The translations under genes were made by a program, and so were the position numbers. DNA of 64,000 bases from Vulcanimicrobiota bacterium. GTDB taxonomy: Bacteria; Vulcanimicrobiota; Vulcanimicrobiia; Vulcanimicrobiales; Vulcanimicrobiaceae. Positions 12,015 through 22,211 of this stretch are shown in pieces; the first letter of the stretch is position 1; each line of letters opens with the position of its first letter. The DNA is taken from contig CAWHWQ010000001.1 in assembly GCA_963833095.1 (NCBI GenBank), forward strand, positions 288,001 to 352,000, in the 5' to 3' direction. The notes under the pieces are model-generated. The model did not search any database, was not told where the DNA came from, and was given only the letters and a program-made list of their open reading frames with translations.

Positions 12015-12803
12015 CTACGGCTTCGGAATCACCTGAAACGTCGCCGGTCCCCGCGCGCTTGGCGCGTGCAGATCGCGCATCGCTACTGGAGCGCCCCGCA
12101 TTGCTGAGCGGATCGCCGCGATCTCGGGTGCGCTGATTCCCGATCCTTGGGTCACTGTCATGAGCTGATCGCCATTGCGCCAGGCAGACTGTTCGTGCCG
12201 CACAATGACGGGCCGCCCGTCAGGTGCCGGATCCCTCGCTTCGAAGAGATATTTCGCCGGCGGGGCATTCGGGTCGTAGCGCGCCGCGCCCAACGTGAAT
12301 TCGCGCCCGTCTCTGCGCCGGTAGGTAAAGGTTACATGCATCTGACCCGCTTTCCACGACTGCGTCGTCCGCGAGTACGCACCAAGAGGGACCACGTACA
12401 ACGCGGAGGACACGACATCGTACGGTAAGCCCACAGGCGGCGTTATCATGAAGTTGACTTGCGACTGCGCCGCGGCAAGACTCGCAAGGTGAGGCCGCAG
12501 CTGCGAAACGAGCGATCGCGGGACCGGCACCGGCGGGGGCGCGATGCCTCCAAGCGCCTGCAACGCTGCGCGATATCGCGCATCCAAGTTTTGCACGAAC
12601 GCCGGCGAAAGCGCCGGTAACGCGATGCATACAAGCATCGCAGCGGCCGCCGCCCAGATTCCGACGCGAAGAACGTTCGTATGCGTTGCGCGTTCGCTGG
12701 GATGCGCGACCCTATGCTGAATCTCTTCAAGCCGGACGGGCGGTATGTCGATGCCCTCCATCCATGAATCCAGCGCCTCGCCGATGCGTGCGTCAATTGA
12801 CAT
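12015..12803 (-). CDS. Putative membrane-anchored anti-sigma factor
   Basis: Overlaps the ECF sigma stop; short N-terminal domain, one TM ([16 protein letters not shown]), C-terminal soluble domain. Confidence 0.6.
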   Translation of the reverse strand: MSIDARIGEALDSWMEGIDIPPVRLEEIQHRVAHPSERATHTNVLRVGIWAAAAAMLVCIALPALSPAFVQNLDARYRAALQALGGIAPPPVPVPRSLVSQLRPHLASLAAAQSQVNFMITPPVGLPYDVVSSALYVVPLGAYSRTTQSWKAGQMHVTFTYRRRDGREFTLGAARYDPNAPPAKYLFEARDPAPDGRPVIVRHEQSAWRNGDQLMTVTQGSGISAPEIAAIRSAMRGAPVAMRDLHAPSARGPATFQVIPKP

Positions 12804-13341
12804 TTGGAAGTACCTCCACAGGAGAGAGCGCTCGTAGCAGTGCGCGTCTGGCAAGCATGAGATTAAAGCGCACGGTGGGCGCCGGCAAGCCGCAGGCTGC
12901 GGCGATTTCCGCGCTGGTCAGGCCGGCGTAATAGTGCAAGACGATCGCGGCGCGCTGCGAAAGCGGAAGCGCCGCAAGCGCCATAGCGAGATCGATCGTC
13001 GTCGTCGCGTCGTTTTCGGTCGCGCGTTCGCGCAGTAAGTCTAGCGATGCAACGCGTGGGCGGCGGCGCGCAGCCGACATCGCGCTGTTGGTGATGATGC
13101 GGTACGCCCATGCCCGAAAGCGCTCGGCGCTTTTGAGCGCCGGCAACGAGCGGGAAATTGCAGCGCACGCATCTTGCGCCGCATCTTCGGCAAGTCCGGC
13201 GTCGCGTAAGATGCTAAAGGCGATCCGATAGGCTTCGGGCCAGACGGCAACGATGAGATGGTCGAGATGCTCTCCGCCCCGTTTGGCGCGTTCGATGAGC
13301 GTTTGTGGCACGTCTAATGGCACACTCAGGAGCTCCTTCAC
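12793..13341 (-). CDS. ECF sigma-70 factor
   Basis: Region 2 AEDAAQDA..FRAWAYRI; region 4 LPLSQRAAIVLHYYAGLTSAEIA. Confidence 0.9.
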   Translation of the reverse strand: MKELLSVPLDVPQTLIERAKRGGEHLDHLIVAVWPEAYRIAFSILRDAGLAEDAAQDACAAISRSLPALKSAERFRAWAYRIITNSAMSAARRRPRVASLDLLRERATENDATTTIDLAMALAALPLSQRAAIVLHYYAGLTSAEIAAACGLPAPTVRFNLMLARRALLRALSPVEVLPNVN

Positions 13342-13446
13342 CCCAATAGACGCGCCCGAGCGTCAAACTGTTGGCCCAGGTAGCATGAAATGGAGCGTAA
13401 ACGTAATACAACGCCTTTTTGGCACCTCATCGTCCAAGGAGCAGCG

Positions 13447-14145
13447 ATGACCACGCGCAAGGACTTTCTCGTAGCGGGAACGCTCGCCGCAGCGATTCCG
13501 GGCCAGGCGCTCGCCGATGCACCGGCAACGGCGCACCCCAAGACCCCGAAACTCGACTTCGATCTCGAGGCGTTTAACGCGCTGCTCGACGGCGCCCAGG
13601 CGCACAAGAACCTCTTCACCGCCGTGCAGATCGAAGGCGGCGAGGTGCTTTTGGCAATGCGCAACACGTTGGGCGGCTACCGCGACGTCGGTGTCGATTG
13701 GAGCGAGGTACTTCCGGTCGCGGTGCTCTATCACGGTTTTTCGATTCTCCTCGCGTTCGACGATTTCGTTTGGAACCGCTACGTGATCCCGTTCTCGGGA
13801 AAGCTCAAACACGGAAACGGCGCGGCTCAGATCGCCTCGGTTCGCAAATTAGACGTAGGCGGGAATCCATGCTTGCGCGAGCAGGGTGGCGACGGGGATA
13901 TCTCGATTCGTTCGCTTGTGGCCGACGCCGGTGCACGATTCTTCGTCTGCAACAATGCGGCGCTGGGCACAGCCTCGATGCTCGCAAAGGCGCTGGGCAA
14001 GCCGTTCGACACCGTTTATAGCGATCTCGCGCACCATCTCGTGCCGAACGCGCTACTGGTTCCCGCCGGCGTTTGGGCCATACATGCGATTCAAGAGCAG
14101 CGCTTTACGCTGCTCCAAACGTCGCTCGCTCCGCCCAAGGGTTAA
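13447..14145 (+). CDS. Exported DsrE-like protein with Tat-like signal
   Basis: MTTRKDFLVAG...ALA signal after AAGGAG SD; VAVLYHG, FFVCNNA, LVPAGVWAI..QE as in DsrE-fold proteins. Confidence 0.55.
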   Translation: MTTRKDFLVAGTLAAAIPGQALADAPATAHPKTPKLDFDLEAFNALLDGAQAHKNLFTAVQIEGGEVLLAMRNTLGGYRDVGVDWSEVLPVAVLYHGFSILLAFDDFVWNRYVIPFSGKLKHGNGAAQIASVRKLDVGGNPCLREQGGDGDISIRSLVADAGARFFVCNNAALGTASMLAKALGKPFDTVYSDLAHHLVPNALLVPAGVWAIHAIQEQRFTLLQTSLAPPKG

Positions 14146-15662
14146 GGCGTCGTCCCCAAGTTCTCGATACCGTAGTGCTTGAACGTCGGCCAGCGCTGCG
14201 GCAGCGGCGGATGCATGCCGCGGCAGAGGACGATCGGGCGATTGACTTCGTAGGGCATGGCGTAAGGTGAAGTGCCGAAGCGCGCGACGACGCGCGCCGA
14301 GTCGCAGAACGTGGCCCACTGCACCGGATCGACGTTGATCGCAATCACGACCGACCCATCATACCCGCGCGGACCCCATAAGTAGTACTGATTGTTTCCG
14401 CTGAGCGCCGGCGGGAGATCGTGACCGTACACGTCGACTGCGGCCGCTTCGCCGTAATTCGAACCGTAGATTGCGGCATTTTGCCGATCGGCCGCGGAGA
14501 GCGACGCGTACACGCTTTCGACGGTCTGCGCAACATCGCGCCAGCCAAACTGGTCGGCAAGCTGCTGGGGAATCGGCGCGCCGATGCCGGCGTGTTCCAT
14601 CGGCCGCATCTTGAACGCGGAATGGTCGTACATGAACTTCAGCCGCTCGGGCGGAAGCACCGGAAGCACAAATGGTAAAGCGAGAGCGGCATTCGCGTAG
14701 GCGAGGACCGCCCAGATGCCTACAAGGATGCTCGGCAACATCGTGCATGCGGCGGCGCCGAGCGCGAAAATCGTCGGATAGGCGCCGGCATAATAGTACG
14801 CCTTGCCATGCGTCGCGAAGATCAGAACGCCCATCATGACAAAGGTGACGGCGAGAAACCGAAACGGCGCCAGGCGCTTGGAAACGAAGGGCGCGATGGT
14901 GCCCGTCAACCAGAGCGGGGCCAACAAGAAGTTCGTAAGGAAGACTTGCTGCAGCACGAATCCGATCGGACTCCCGATGAGATTCCCGCTGCTGTCGTTG
15001 CGCACGAGTTCGAGAAACGGCATGCCGTGGGCGATCTGCCAGACCGCGTTGGGCAGCGCGATCACCGCAGCGATGGCGAAGCCGATCCACAGGTCGCGCG
15101 AGCGAAAGATCGAGCGCGGCCCGAAGAGCGCAATGCCGAGCGCCAAGCCGATCACCCACAACAGGATCGTGTATTTCGTTTCAAAGGCGAGGCCGCCGAC
15201 GAGACCCGCCCACCAATACATGCGCGGCTCGTTGCGCAACACTCCGCGCGTGATGAGGTAGGCCACCAGCGTGAAATCGAACGGCTCGAACGTCGCGGTG
15301 GATAAGCTGCCAAACATCGCGGTAACCAGCGACGAGCTTGCCGCCGCGACGGCGGCTAACCACGCGCCGCGCGTGTTTGCGCCGAGCAGTTGCGCGAAGA
15401 TAACGGTGAGCGGAACGAGCGCGATCGCGGTCAACACTGCGGGCAAGCGCTCCAGCCACACGTTGACGCCGGCAACCTGCGTGAGCGCGGCGAGCAATGG
15501 AACAATCGGCGGCTGATCCACGTAGCCGAACGCCGGATGGCGGCCACACACGATAAAATACAGCTCGTTGCGGAAGAGATCGTACTTCCCGGCGACGGAG
15601 AGGTGCAGCAAGGCGACGAGCACCACCACAACACCGACCGCCCAACGAGCGCCTTTTGTCAT
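14142..15662 (-). CDS. Glycosyltransferase family 39 (ArnT/PMT-like)
   Basis: FRNELYFIVCGRHPAFGYVDQPP, ETKYT, multiple TMs, NYGEAAA. Confidence 0.85.
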   Translation of the reverse strand: MTKGARWAVGVVVVLVALLHLSVAGKYDLFRNELYFIVCGRHPAFGYVDQPPIVPLLAALTQVAGVNVWLERLPAVLTAIALVPLTVIFAQLLGANTRGAWLAAVAAASSSLVTAMFGSLSTATFEPFDFTLVAYLITRGVLRNEPRMYWWAGLVGGLAFETKYTILLWVIGLALGIALFGPRSIFRSRDLWIGFAIAAVIALPNAVWQIAHGMPFLELVRNDSSGNLIGSPIGFVLQQVFLTNFLLAPLWLTGTIAPFVSKRLAPFRFLAVTFVMMGVLIFATHGKAYYYAGAYPTIFALGAAACTMLPSILVGIWAVLAYANAALALPFVLPVLPPERLKFMYDHSAFKMRPMEHAGIGAPIPQQLADQFGWRDVAQTVESVYASLSAADRQNAAIYGSNYGEAAAVDVYGHDLPPALSGNNQYYLWGPRGYDGSVVIAINVDPVQWATFCDSARVVARFGTSPYAMPYEVNRPIVLCRGMHPPLPQRWPTFKHYGIENLGTTP

Positions 15663-15665
15663 CGT

Positions 15666-15935
15666 CTAGGGATTGATTGGGCGGGTCGGTTTGAACTCGA
15701 TGATCTGATATTCTGAGACGCCTTCGCGCACGAAAGGATCTTCGGCAAGCATCGCCTCGACCTGCTCGCGCGTGAGATCGTGGGTGACGATCACGCCCCC
15801 GACACGCGGATTTTGCGGGCCGGACGTGAGGAGGTGGTGCGCCTCGAAATGTCGCTCCAAAAACGCGCGGTGCTCGGGCACCCAGCGATCGACCTCATCC
15901 AGGGGTTTGAGATAGCGTGAAAGCAGCACAAACAT
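15666..15935 (-). CDS. YciI-family protein
   Basis: MFVLLSRYLKPLDEVD..HRAFL..SGPQNPRVGGVI..DPF. Confidence 0.8.
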   Translation of the reverse strand: MFVLLSRYLKPLDEVDRWVPEHRAFLERHFEAHHLLTSGPQNPRVGGVIVTHDLTREQVEAMLAEDPFVREGVSEYQIIEFKPTRPINP

Positions 15936-15990
15936 GCCGCTACCGGTTCGCGCGAGAGGACGAGGGCCCTTGCGCTGGTATGTATCGGGC

Positions 15991-16779
15991 GTGAAGCTAC
16001 TCGAAGGAAAGCGCGCCCTGATCACGGGCGTCGCCAATCGCTGGTCGATTGCGACCGGCATCGCGCGCAAAATGTACGAGCACGGCGCGACGATCGCCCT
16101 GACGTATCAGGGCGAGCGCGTGAAGGACGAGGTCGAAAAACTGGCCGCGGAACTGGGCGGCGGCCCGGTGCTGGAATGCGACGTCTCAAATGATGCCTCG
16201 CTCGAGGCACTCCGCGATGCCTTAACCGCGCAATTTGGTCCGCTCGATGCGTTGGTTCACTCGATCGCCTTTGCCGACAAAGAGGATCTGCGCGGAACTG
16301 TCTACGACACCTCGCGCAAAGGGTTCGCGCTCTCGCTCGACGTGTCGGCCTTTTCACTCATTGCGCTGGTTTCCGCGCTACGCGATAACTTCAACGACAG
16401 CGCCTCGATCATGGCGATGACCTACCTCGGCGCGACGCAGATCGTTCCCAATTACAACTTGATGGGCATTGCCAAAGCGGCTCTCGAGTCGTCGGTACGC
16501 TACCTCGCGTACGATCTAGGCGCACGCGGCATCCGGGTCAACGCGATTTCAGCCGGACCGATCAAAACTGCGAGCATGCGGCAAGTCGCGGGCGCAACGA
16601 AGATGCTCGACGTGGTACCTAAGGTGGCACCGCTGCGTCGTAACGTCTCGGCCGAAGACGTGGGGAACACCGCGGTCTACCTCGCGTCCGATCTTTCTTC
16701 CGCGATCACCGCCGACGTGCACTTCGTCGATGCGGGCTATCACACGGTCGGGATGTATCCGCCCGATTTCCACGCGTGA
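15991..16779 (+). CDS. fabI: Enoyl-ACP reductase FabI
   Basis: GVANRWSIATGIA, VHSIAFA, YNLMGIAKAALES, RVNAISAGPIKT. Confidence 0.92.
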   Translation: MKLLEGKRALITGVANRWSIATGIARKMYEHGATIALTYQGERVKDEVEKLAAELGGGPVLECDVSNDASLEALRDALTAQFGPLDALVHSIAFADKEDLRGTVYDTSRKGFALSLDVSAFSLIALVSALRDNFNDSASIMAMTYLGATQIVPNYNLMGIAKAALESSVRYLAYDLGARGIRVNAISAGPIKTASMRQVAGATKMLDVVPKVAPLRRNVSAEDVGNTAVYLASDLSSAITADVHFVDAGYHTVGMYPPDFHA

Positions 16780-16943
16780 TCACGGAGGATGAATTGGCTG
16801 CGATCGCGGCCGCGCTCACCATATTAAACGCGCGTCACCCTGAGGTGCGAGCGCAAGCGAGCCTCGAAGGGCAAGATCGGTCACGCTGGAAAATAGCTGC
16901 GCGCAATCCCGACCTCGAAATCGAGGATCTGCGTGTTCACTAA
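16776..16943 (+). CDS. Small acyl-CoA carboxylase epsilon-like subunit (55 aa, absent from ORF track)
   Basis: Own translation: MITEDELAAIAAALTILNARHPEVRAQASLEGQDRSRWKIAARNPDLEIEDLRVH. GTG overlaps the fabI TGA and the stop lies inside the start of the next gene; ELAAIAAA..SRW..AAR pattern. Confidence 0.65.
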   Translation: MITEDELAAIAAALTILNARHPEVRAQASLEGQDRSRWKIAARNPDLEIEDLRVH

Positions 16944-18732
16944 GATCCTCATTGCCAATCGTGGTGAGATCGCGGTGCGCGTGATACGCACCGCGCGCGA
17001 GATGTCGATCACAACGGTCGCCGTCTATTCCGAGGCCGATCGCGACGGCATGCACGTGCGCATGGCCGATGAGGCGTATCTCATTGGTCCGGCCGCGCCA
17101 TCGGCGAGCTATCTCAACATCGATGCGATTCTCGAGGTCGCCAAGCGCTCGGGCGCGCAAGCGATTCACCCCGGCTACGGCTTTCTCGCCGAAAACAGCG
17201 CGTTCGCGCGACGGGTTGTCGCTGCGGGCCTGGTCTGGATCGGCCCGCACGCGGATGCGATCGATGCGATGGGTGATAAGCTGCGCGCGCGACAAGCAAT
17301 GGCGAAGGCTGACGTGCCGTTCGTGCCCGGCGGCACCGAAGCGATCGAGGATGTCGCGGCCGCACGCGAAGCAGCCAAGTCCTACGGGCTCCCGCTCGCG
17401 CTCAAAGCGTCTGGGGGCGGCGGCGGCAAGGGACTCAAGGTCGCGCACACGCTCGACGAGATCGAGTCGGCGTTTACGACTGCCAAGCGCGAAGCCGAAG
17501 CCTATTTCAAGAACGGCACGATCTACGCCGAGCGCTATCTCGACAACCCAAAACACGTGGAACTCCAGATTCTGGCTGACAAGCACGGCAACGTCGTGCA
17601 CGTCGGCGAGCGCGACTGCTCGCTGCAGCGCCGCCATCAAAAGCTCTGGGAAGAAGCGCCGGCCAACATTCCGCTCAAAGTGCGGCGCGCGATGCGCGAA
17701 GCCGGCGTGCGCGCGGCGCAGGCAATCGGTTATGACTCGGTCGGGACGATCGAGTGTCTGGTCCAGGGCGACGACTTCTTCTTCCTCGAGATGAACACGC
17801 GCATCCAAGTCGAGCACACGGTTACCGAAATGATCTCCGGACTCGATTTAATCCGCGAGCAAATCCGCGTGGCCGCGGGCGAAGAACTCGGCTTCGGGCA
17901 GGACGACGTCAGTTTCCGCGGCTTTTCGATCGAAGGGCGCGTCAACGCCGAAGATCCCGCCGACAACTTCCGTCCTGCACCCGGCACGATTTCCGCCTAT
18001 CGCGAACCCGGCGGCCTTGGCGTGCGTGTCGATTCCGCAGCATATCCCGGGTACACGATCTCCCCCGACTACGATTCGATGATCGCTAAGCTCATCGTCT
18101 GGGCACCCACGCGCGCGCAAGCGATTGCGCGTCTCGCTCGCGCGATCGATGAATACGTCGTCGAGGGTGTCCCGACGACGCTGCCGTTACTGCGCGCATT
18201 GTGCGACGAACCCAGTGTCCAAAACGCATCGTACGGAACGGCAACGCTCGAACCATTCGCCGCGAAATTTTTCGACGGTTCCTCCGGAGGCGAGCGTAAC
18301 AAGACTCAGCGAGCCGAAGGAGGAACCGTCGAAATTGCGCTCGGCTCCGGAGGAGGCGCTGAAACTTCTCCGCCACAAGACCTACGGGTTGAGGTCAATG
18401 AAAAGCTCTATCGCGTTCGTGTTTTTGACTTACCGGAGCGCGCGTCAGGTGCGCCACGCAATGGGTCGCCGCGAGTAGCGCCGCGCGCCGGTGGAACAAA
18501 GAAGAGCTCCACGTCGAGTGGAAATGACGTCGTGTCGCCGATGCACGGTGTGGTCGTCGAGATGAAGGTTGCGCCCGGCGATGCGATTGCTGAAGGTCAG
18601 GTCGTCGCGATCGTCGAGGCAATGAAGATGATGAACGAGGTTCGCGCGCACAAGGCCGGCACGGCGAGCGCCGTTCACTCGAAGGCCGGCGATACCGTCG
18701 AGGCGCAAGCGCCACTGGTCACGATCGGCTAG
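16933..18732 (+). CDS. Acyl-CoA carboxylase alpha subunit (biotin carboxylase + BCCP)
   Basis: ANRGEIA, HPGYGFLAEN, ERDCSLQRRHQK, EMNTRIQVEH, biotinyl EAMKM. Confidence 0.95.
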   Translation: MFTKILIANRGEIAVRVIRTAREMSITTVAVYSEADRDGMHVRMADEAYLIGPAAPSASYLNIDAILEVAKRSGAQAIHPGYGFLAENSAFARRVVAAGLVWIGPHADAIDAMGDKLRARQAMAKADVPFVPGGTEAIEDVAAAREAAKSYGLPLALKASGGGGGKGLKVAHTLDEIESAFTTAKREAEAYFKNGTIYAERYLDNPKHVELQILADKHGNVVHVGERDCSLQRRHQKLWEEAPANIPLKVRRAMREAGVRAAQAIGYDSVGTIECLVQGDDFFFLEMNTRIQVEHTVTEMISGLDLIREQIRVAAGEELGFGQDDVSFRGFSIEGRVNAEDPADNFRPAPGTISAYREPGGLGVRVDSAAYPGYTISPDYDSMIAKLIVWAPTRAQAIARLARAIDEYVVEGVPTTLPLLRALCDEPSVQNASYGTATLEPFAAKFFDGSSGGERNKTQRAEGGTVEIALGSGGGAETSPPQDLRVEVNEKLYRVRVFDLPERASGAPRNGSPRVAPRAGGTKKSSTSSGNDVVSPMHGVVVEMKVAPGDAIAEGQVVAIVEAMKMMNEVRAHKAGTASAVHSKAGDTVEAQAPLVTIG

Positions 18733-18743
18733 AATAGGGCGAG

Positions 18744-20321
18744 ATGGCACGGGAGTTCAATGGCAGCGGTATTCCGCTCGAACCGCACTACGACCAGGTC
18801 GAGGGCAGCGCGCACGATCTCGGCGAGCCGGGGGCGTTTCCGTTTGGACGCGGGACGCGCGCCAATATGTATCGCGACCGGTTGTGGACGATGCGCCAAT
18901 ACGCCGGCTTTGCGACGGCCGCCGAATCGAATGCGCGCTATCGCTATCTCCTCGAACGCGGCACGACCGGGCTGTCGGTAGCCTTCGACCTTCCAACCCA
19001 ACTCGGATATGACTCAGACGCGCCGCTCGCGCGCGGCGAGGTCGGCAAAGTCGGTGTCGCGATCGACTCGATCGCGGACATGGAGACGCTCTTCGAAGGC
19101 ATTCCGCTCGAGACCGTCACCGTCTCGATGACGATCAACGCGCCGGCCTCGATCCTCCTCGCGATGCTGCTCGCGGTTGCTCGCCGCCGCCGTATTCCCT
19201 TCGCAAAGCTCGGCGGAACGGTCCAGAACGACGTGCTCAAAGAGTACGTCGCGCGCGGAACCTACATCTATCCGCCGGGCCCGTCGATGCGTTTGGTCAC
19301 CGACGTGATGGCGTATTGCGCGCGCGAAGTCCCGCAATGGAATACGATCTCGATCTCGGGCTACCATATTCGTGAAGCCGGATCGACCGCGGTCGAAGAG
19401 ATCGCTTTTACACTTTCCAATGCCAAGGCATATCTGCGCGCAGCGCGCGAGGCCGGCATCGATCTCGACCTGGTTGCGCCGCGCATCTCGTTCTTCTGGA
19501 ACGCGCACAACGATTTCTTTGAGGAAGTTGCAAAATTCCGGGCGGCACGATATCTTTGGGCGCATATCACACGCGATGAATTCGGGTGCGCAGACCCGCG
19601 CTCGCAGATGCTGCGCTTTCATACGCAGACGGGCGGCTCAACGCTGACCGCGCAGGAGCCCGACAACAACGTCGTACGTGTCACGCTGCAGGCGCTCGCG
19701 GCCGTCCTCGGCGGGACCCAATCACTGCACACCAACGGCAAAGATGAAGCGTTAGCGCTACCTACGGCGGAAAGTGCGAAGGTTGCGTTACGCACGCAAC
19801 AGATTATCGGTTACGAATCCGGCGTTACCGATGTCGTCGATCCGCTGGCAGGTTCGTACTATGTTGAATCGCTGACGAATGAGCTGATCGAACGCGCGCG
19901 GCAACTCATCGTTACAGTCGACGAGCTCGGCGGAAGTATCGCCGCGATCGAGAGCGGCTGGATGCAGGCGCGCATCGCCGATTCCGCCTACGAGGCGCAA
20001 CAGGCGATCGAACGTGGAACCAGCGTCGTGGTCGGCGTGAACAAATTTGTCGAAGAGGGCGGCGACGCTGCGATCCCTTTACTGCGCATCGACCAAGCGA
20101 TCGAGCGCGAGCAAGTCGCGCGCTTGGCGGCGTTTCGGGCTGCGCGCGACCTGCCCACGGTCGAGGCGCGTTTGGCCGATGTCCGGCGCGCCGCGGGGTC
20201 GCGCGAGAACTTGATGCCGCCATTCGTCGAAGCCGTCGACGCCGGCGCCACGCTCGGCGAAATCTGTAACGTGCTTCGTGACGTCTTCGGCGTTTATCGC
20301 GCAAAGGAAGTTGTCGCATGA
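18744..20321 (+). CDS. Methylmalonyl-CoA mutase, substrate-binding (large) subunit
   Basis: [51 protein letters not shown]; no B12-binding domain. Confidence 0.93.
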   Translation: MAREFNGSGIPLEPHYDQVEGSAHDLGEPGAFPFGRGTRANMYRDRLWTMRQYAGFATAAESNARYRYLLERGTTGLSVAFDLPTQLGYDSDAPLARGEVGKVGVAIDSIADMETLFEGIPLETVTVSMTINAPASILLAMLLAVARRRRIPFAKLGGTVQNDVLKEYVARGTYIYPPGPSMRLVTDVMAYCAREVPQWNTISISGYHIREAGSTAVEEIAFTLSNAKAYLRAAREAGIDLDLVAPRISFFWNAHNDFFEEVAKFRAARYLWAHITRDEFGCADPRSQMLRFHTQTGGSTLTAQEPDNNVVRVTLQALAAVLGGTQSLHTNGKDEALALPTAESAKVALRTQQIIGYESGVTDVVDPLAGSYYVESLTNELIERARQLIVTVDELGGSIAAIESGWMQARIADSAYEAQQAIERGTSVVVGVNKFVEEGGDAAIPLLRIDQAIEREQVARLAAFRAARDLPTVEARLADVRRAAGSRENLMPPFVEAVDAGATLGEICNVLRDVFGVYRAKEVVA

Positions 20322-20716
20322 CGATCGATCACGTCGCAATCGTGGTCAAAGATCTCGACGCCGCGATCGAACTCTACACGCAGACGCTGGGTTTCCAACC
20401 ACTCTATCGCGAGACGATCGCCGATCAGGGCGTAGAGGCAGTCGGATTGCAAGCCGGCGATTCGGTCATCGAACTGTTGCGACCGCTGGATCCCGGCTCG
20501 CCGATCGCGCGCTTCCGCGGCGAGGCCGAGATGAAACTCCACCACACGGCCTATCGCGTCGATGACATCGAGACGGCGCTCGCCGACTATAAGGCCAAAG
20601 GTGTGCGCTTGATCGACGAGCGGCCGCGCAAAGGTGCGCACGGAAACCGGATCGCGTTTCTCCATCCAAAGTCGACGGGCGGCGTGCTCATCGAACTCTG
20701 CCAGCGCTCGAACTAA
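20318..20716 (+). CDS. mce: Methylmalonyl-CoA epimerase
   Basis: [37 protein letters not shown]. Confidence 0.92.
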   Translation: MTIDHVAIVVKDLDAAIELYTQTLGFQPLYRETIADQGVEAVGLQAGDSVIELLRPLDPGSPIARFRGEAEMKLHHTAYRVDDIETALADYKAKGVRLIDERPRKGAHGNRIAFLHPKSTGGVLIELCQRSN

Positions 20717-22179
20717 GGATTTGGCGCTAAGCGCACGTCGATTGCGGTCTCGAAGGTGCGGTCCCACGGCAGCGTGATCGACATCGCGGCGATGTGCAAT
20801 TGCGGATAGAGCTGCGCGAGCGTTTGCTGCGCTTCGTACCAAAGCAGCGCGCGATTGCGATCCGCGGTCCGCCCGGCGACTTCGGGCGCAAGCAAGGTAT
20901 GGTCGGGGACGCCTTGCTCCGCCAGCCAATCGTTGAGCTCGGGGCGCACATCGTCGTGGAAGTCGACGTCGTCGACGAATCGCACATACGTGAACGTCTG
21001 GTGCGCCAGCGCATCGTAGCTGTGCATGCGCCGTCCGGAACCGGCGGCAATCGCTTCGGCCAATGCCGTTCCGGTCGTATTTGCGTCGGTGTTCCAGGCC
21101 GCGTACGCATCCAAGCGGCTGGCCAGGCCTGACGTCAGCAGCGAGGTCGCAAACGCCTTCTGCTCGGGATAGGTTCCTTCAAACGAGAGATCGACGACTG
21201 CGACCGAACGCCGGGCGTCCAGACCGGAGCGAATCGAACCGAGGAAGGCATCATCGAGCGCGGCGCCGGTGGATGGAACGCGAACGTAGAGCGCGATATC
21301 CGGTGCGGTATCATCGCGCACGCCTCCGCACAGCGAGATCAAACGATCGATCGTGACGCCGATCGGTGCGTACTCCAGCGGATCTTGATACAGCGCGCCC
21401 TGCGGCGTCGAGTAGTGGACGGCCACCCGCGGTGTCCATCCCGCATCGCGCGCAAGCGTGTTTGCCACCAGTGCCATCCCGAGTTCGTCGGCGCCCGGTT
21501 CAATCGAGGCACGGCCGCCCAGATCGCTCGCATCGAGATAGCGTTGCAATGCCTGCACTTCGGGCACGTGCAGCCCGTAGGTCTTGGCATCGTCTTGGCC
21601 AAGCACGAGCCGGTCGATCGACTTCGCCCGGGCGTCGTCGATGAGCAATTGGTCGACGCCGTAGTCGCGCGCGCGCGTTTGAAGGTAGGCATCGAGCACA
21701 TTCTGACCGATCAGGCCGCGCAGACGCTGCGCTTCGCTTTCCTCAGACGGTTCGAGAGGATCGTGGAGATTTGCGTACTGCTGAAGATACAACCACACTG
21801 GATACGGCGCAAAGTAGGACGCGTTTGCTGGAATACCGGTTGGCGCAAGGCGCATGATCGTACCAAAGACGCCGATCCACGCATCGGGATAGCGCGAACG
21901 CAGACGCGCGATTTCACGAAGGCGCGCGAAAGCATCCGCATAGCTTGGGCCCGGAACACGCGATGCGATCAGGCCACCATACGCGAGCATGTCGCTCGAA
22001 AGCACGTACGCTTGCGCGCGCGGCGCACGCGCGTTGAGCCACGCGATAATTGCGTCGGGAGCACCGGGCTGCAAGTTATTCCCAAGCAAGCTGCGCGGCG
22101 GCGTCACGACCGCGCGCCCGGCAATCTGCCCGAGCATAATCGGTAGGCCCCAGGTGACTGGACGATCGTCCAACGGCAC
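20713..22179 (-). CDS. DUF4127-family protein; true start probably slightly upstream
   Basis: VPLDDRP, DMLAYGGLIASR, GQDD, PGADE, YAAWNTDANTTG. Confidence 0.75.
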   Translation of the reverse strand: MPLDDRPVTWGLPIMLGQIAGRAVVTPPRSLLGNNLQPGAPDAIIAWLNARAPRAQAYVLSSDMLAYGGLIASRVPGPSYADAFARLREIARLRSRYPDAWIGVFGTIMRLAPTGIPANASYFAPYPVWLYLQQYANLHDPLEPSEESEAQRLRGLIGQNVLDAYLQTRARDYGVDQLLIDDARAKSIDRLVLGQDDAKTYGLHVPEVQALQRYLDASDLGGRASIEPGADELGMALVANTLARDAGWTPRVAVHYSTPQGALYQDPLEYAPIGVTIDRLISLCGGVRDDTAPDIALYVRVPSTGAALDDAFLGSIRSGLDARRSVAVVDLSFEGTYPEQKAFATSLLTSGLASRLDAYAAWNTDANTTGTALAEAIAAGSGRRMHSYDALAHQTFTYVRFVDDVDFHDDVRPELNDWLAEQGVPDHTLLAPEVAGRTADRNRALLWYEAQQTLAQLYPQLHIAAMSITLPWDRTFETAIDVRLAPNP

Positions 22180-22211
22180 GAAGACAATCGTCGCGAGTAG
22201 GGCGAGCGCCT

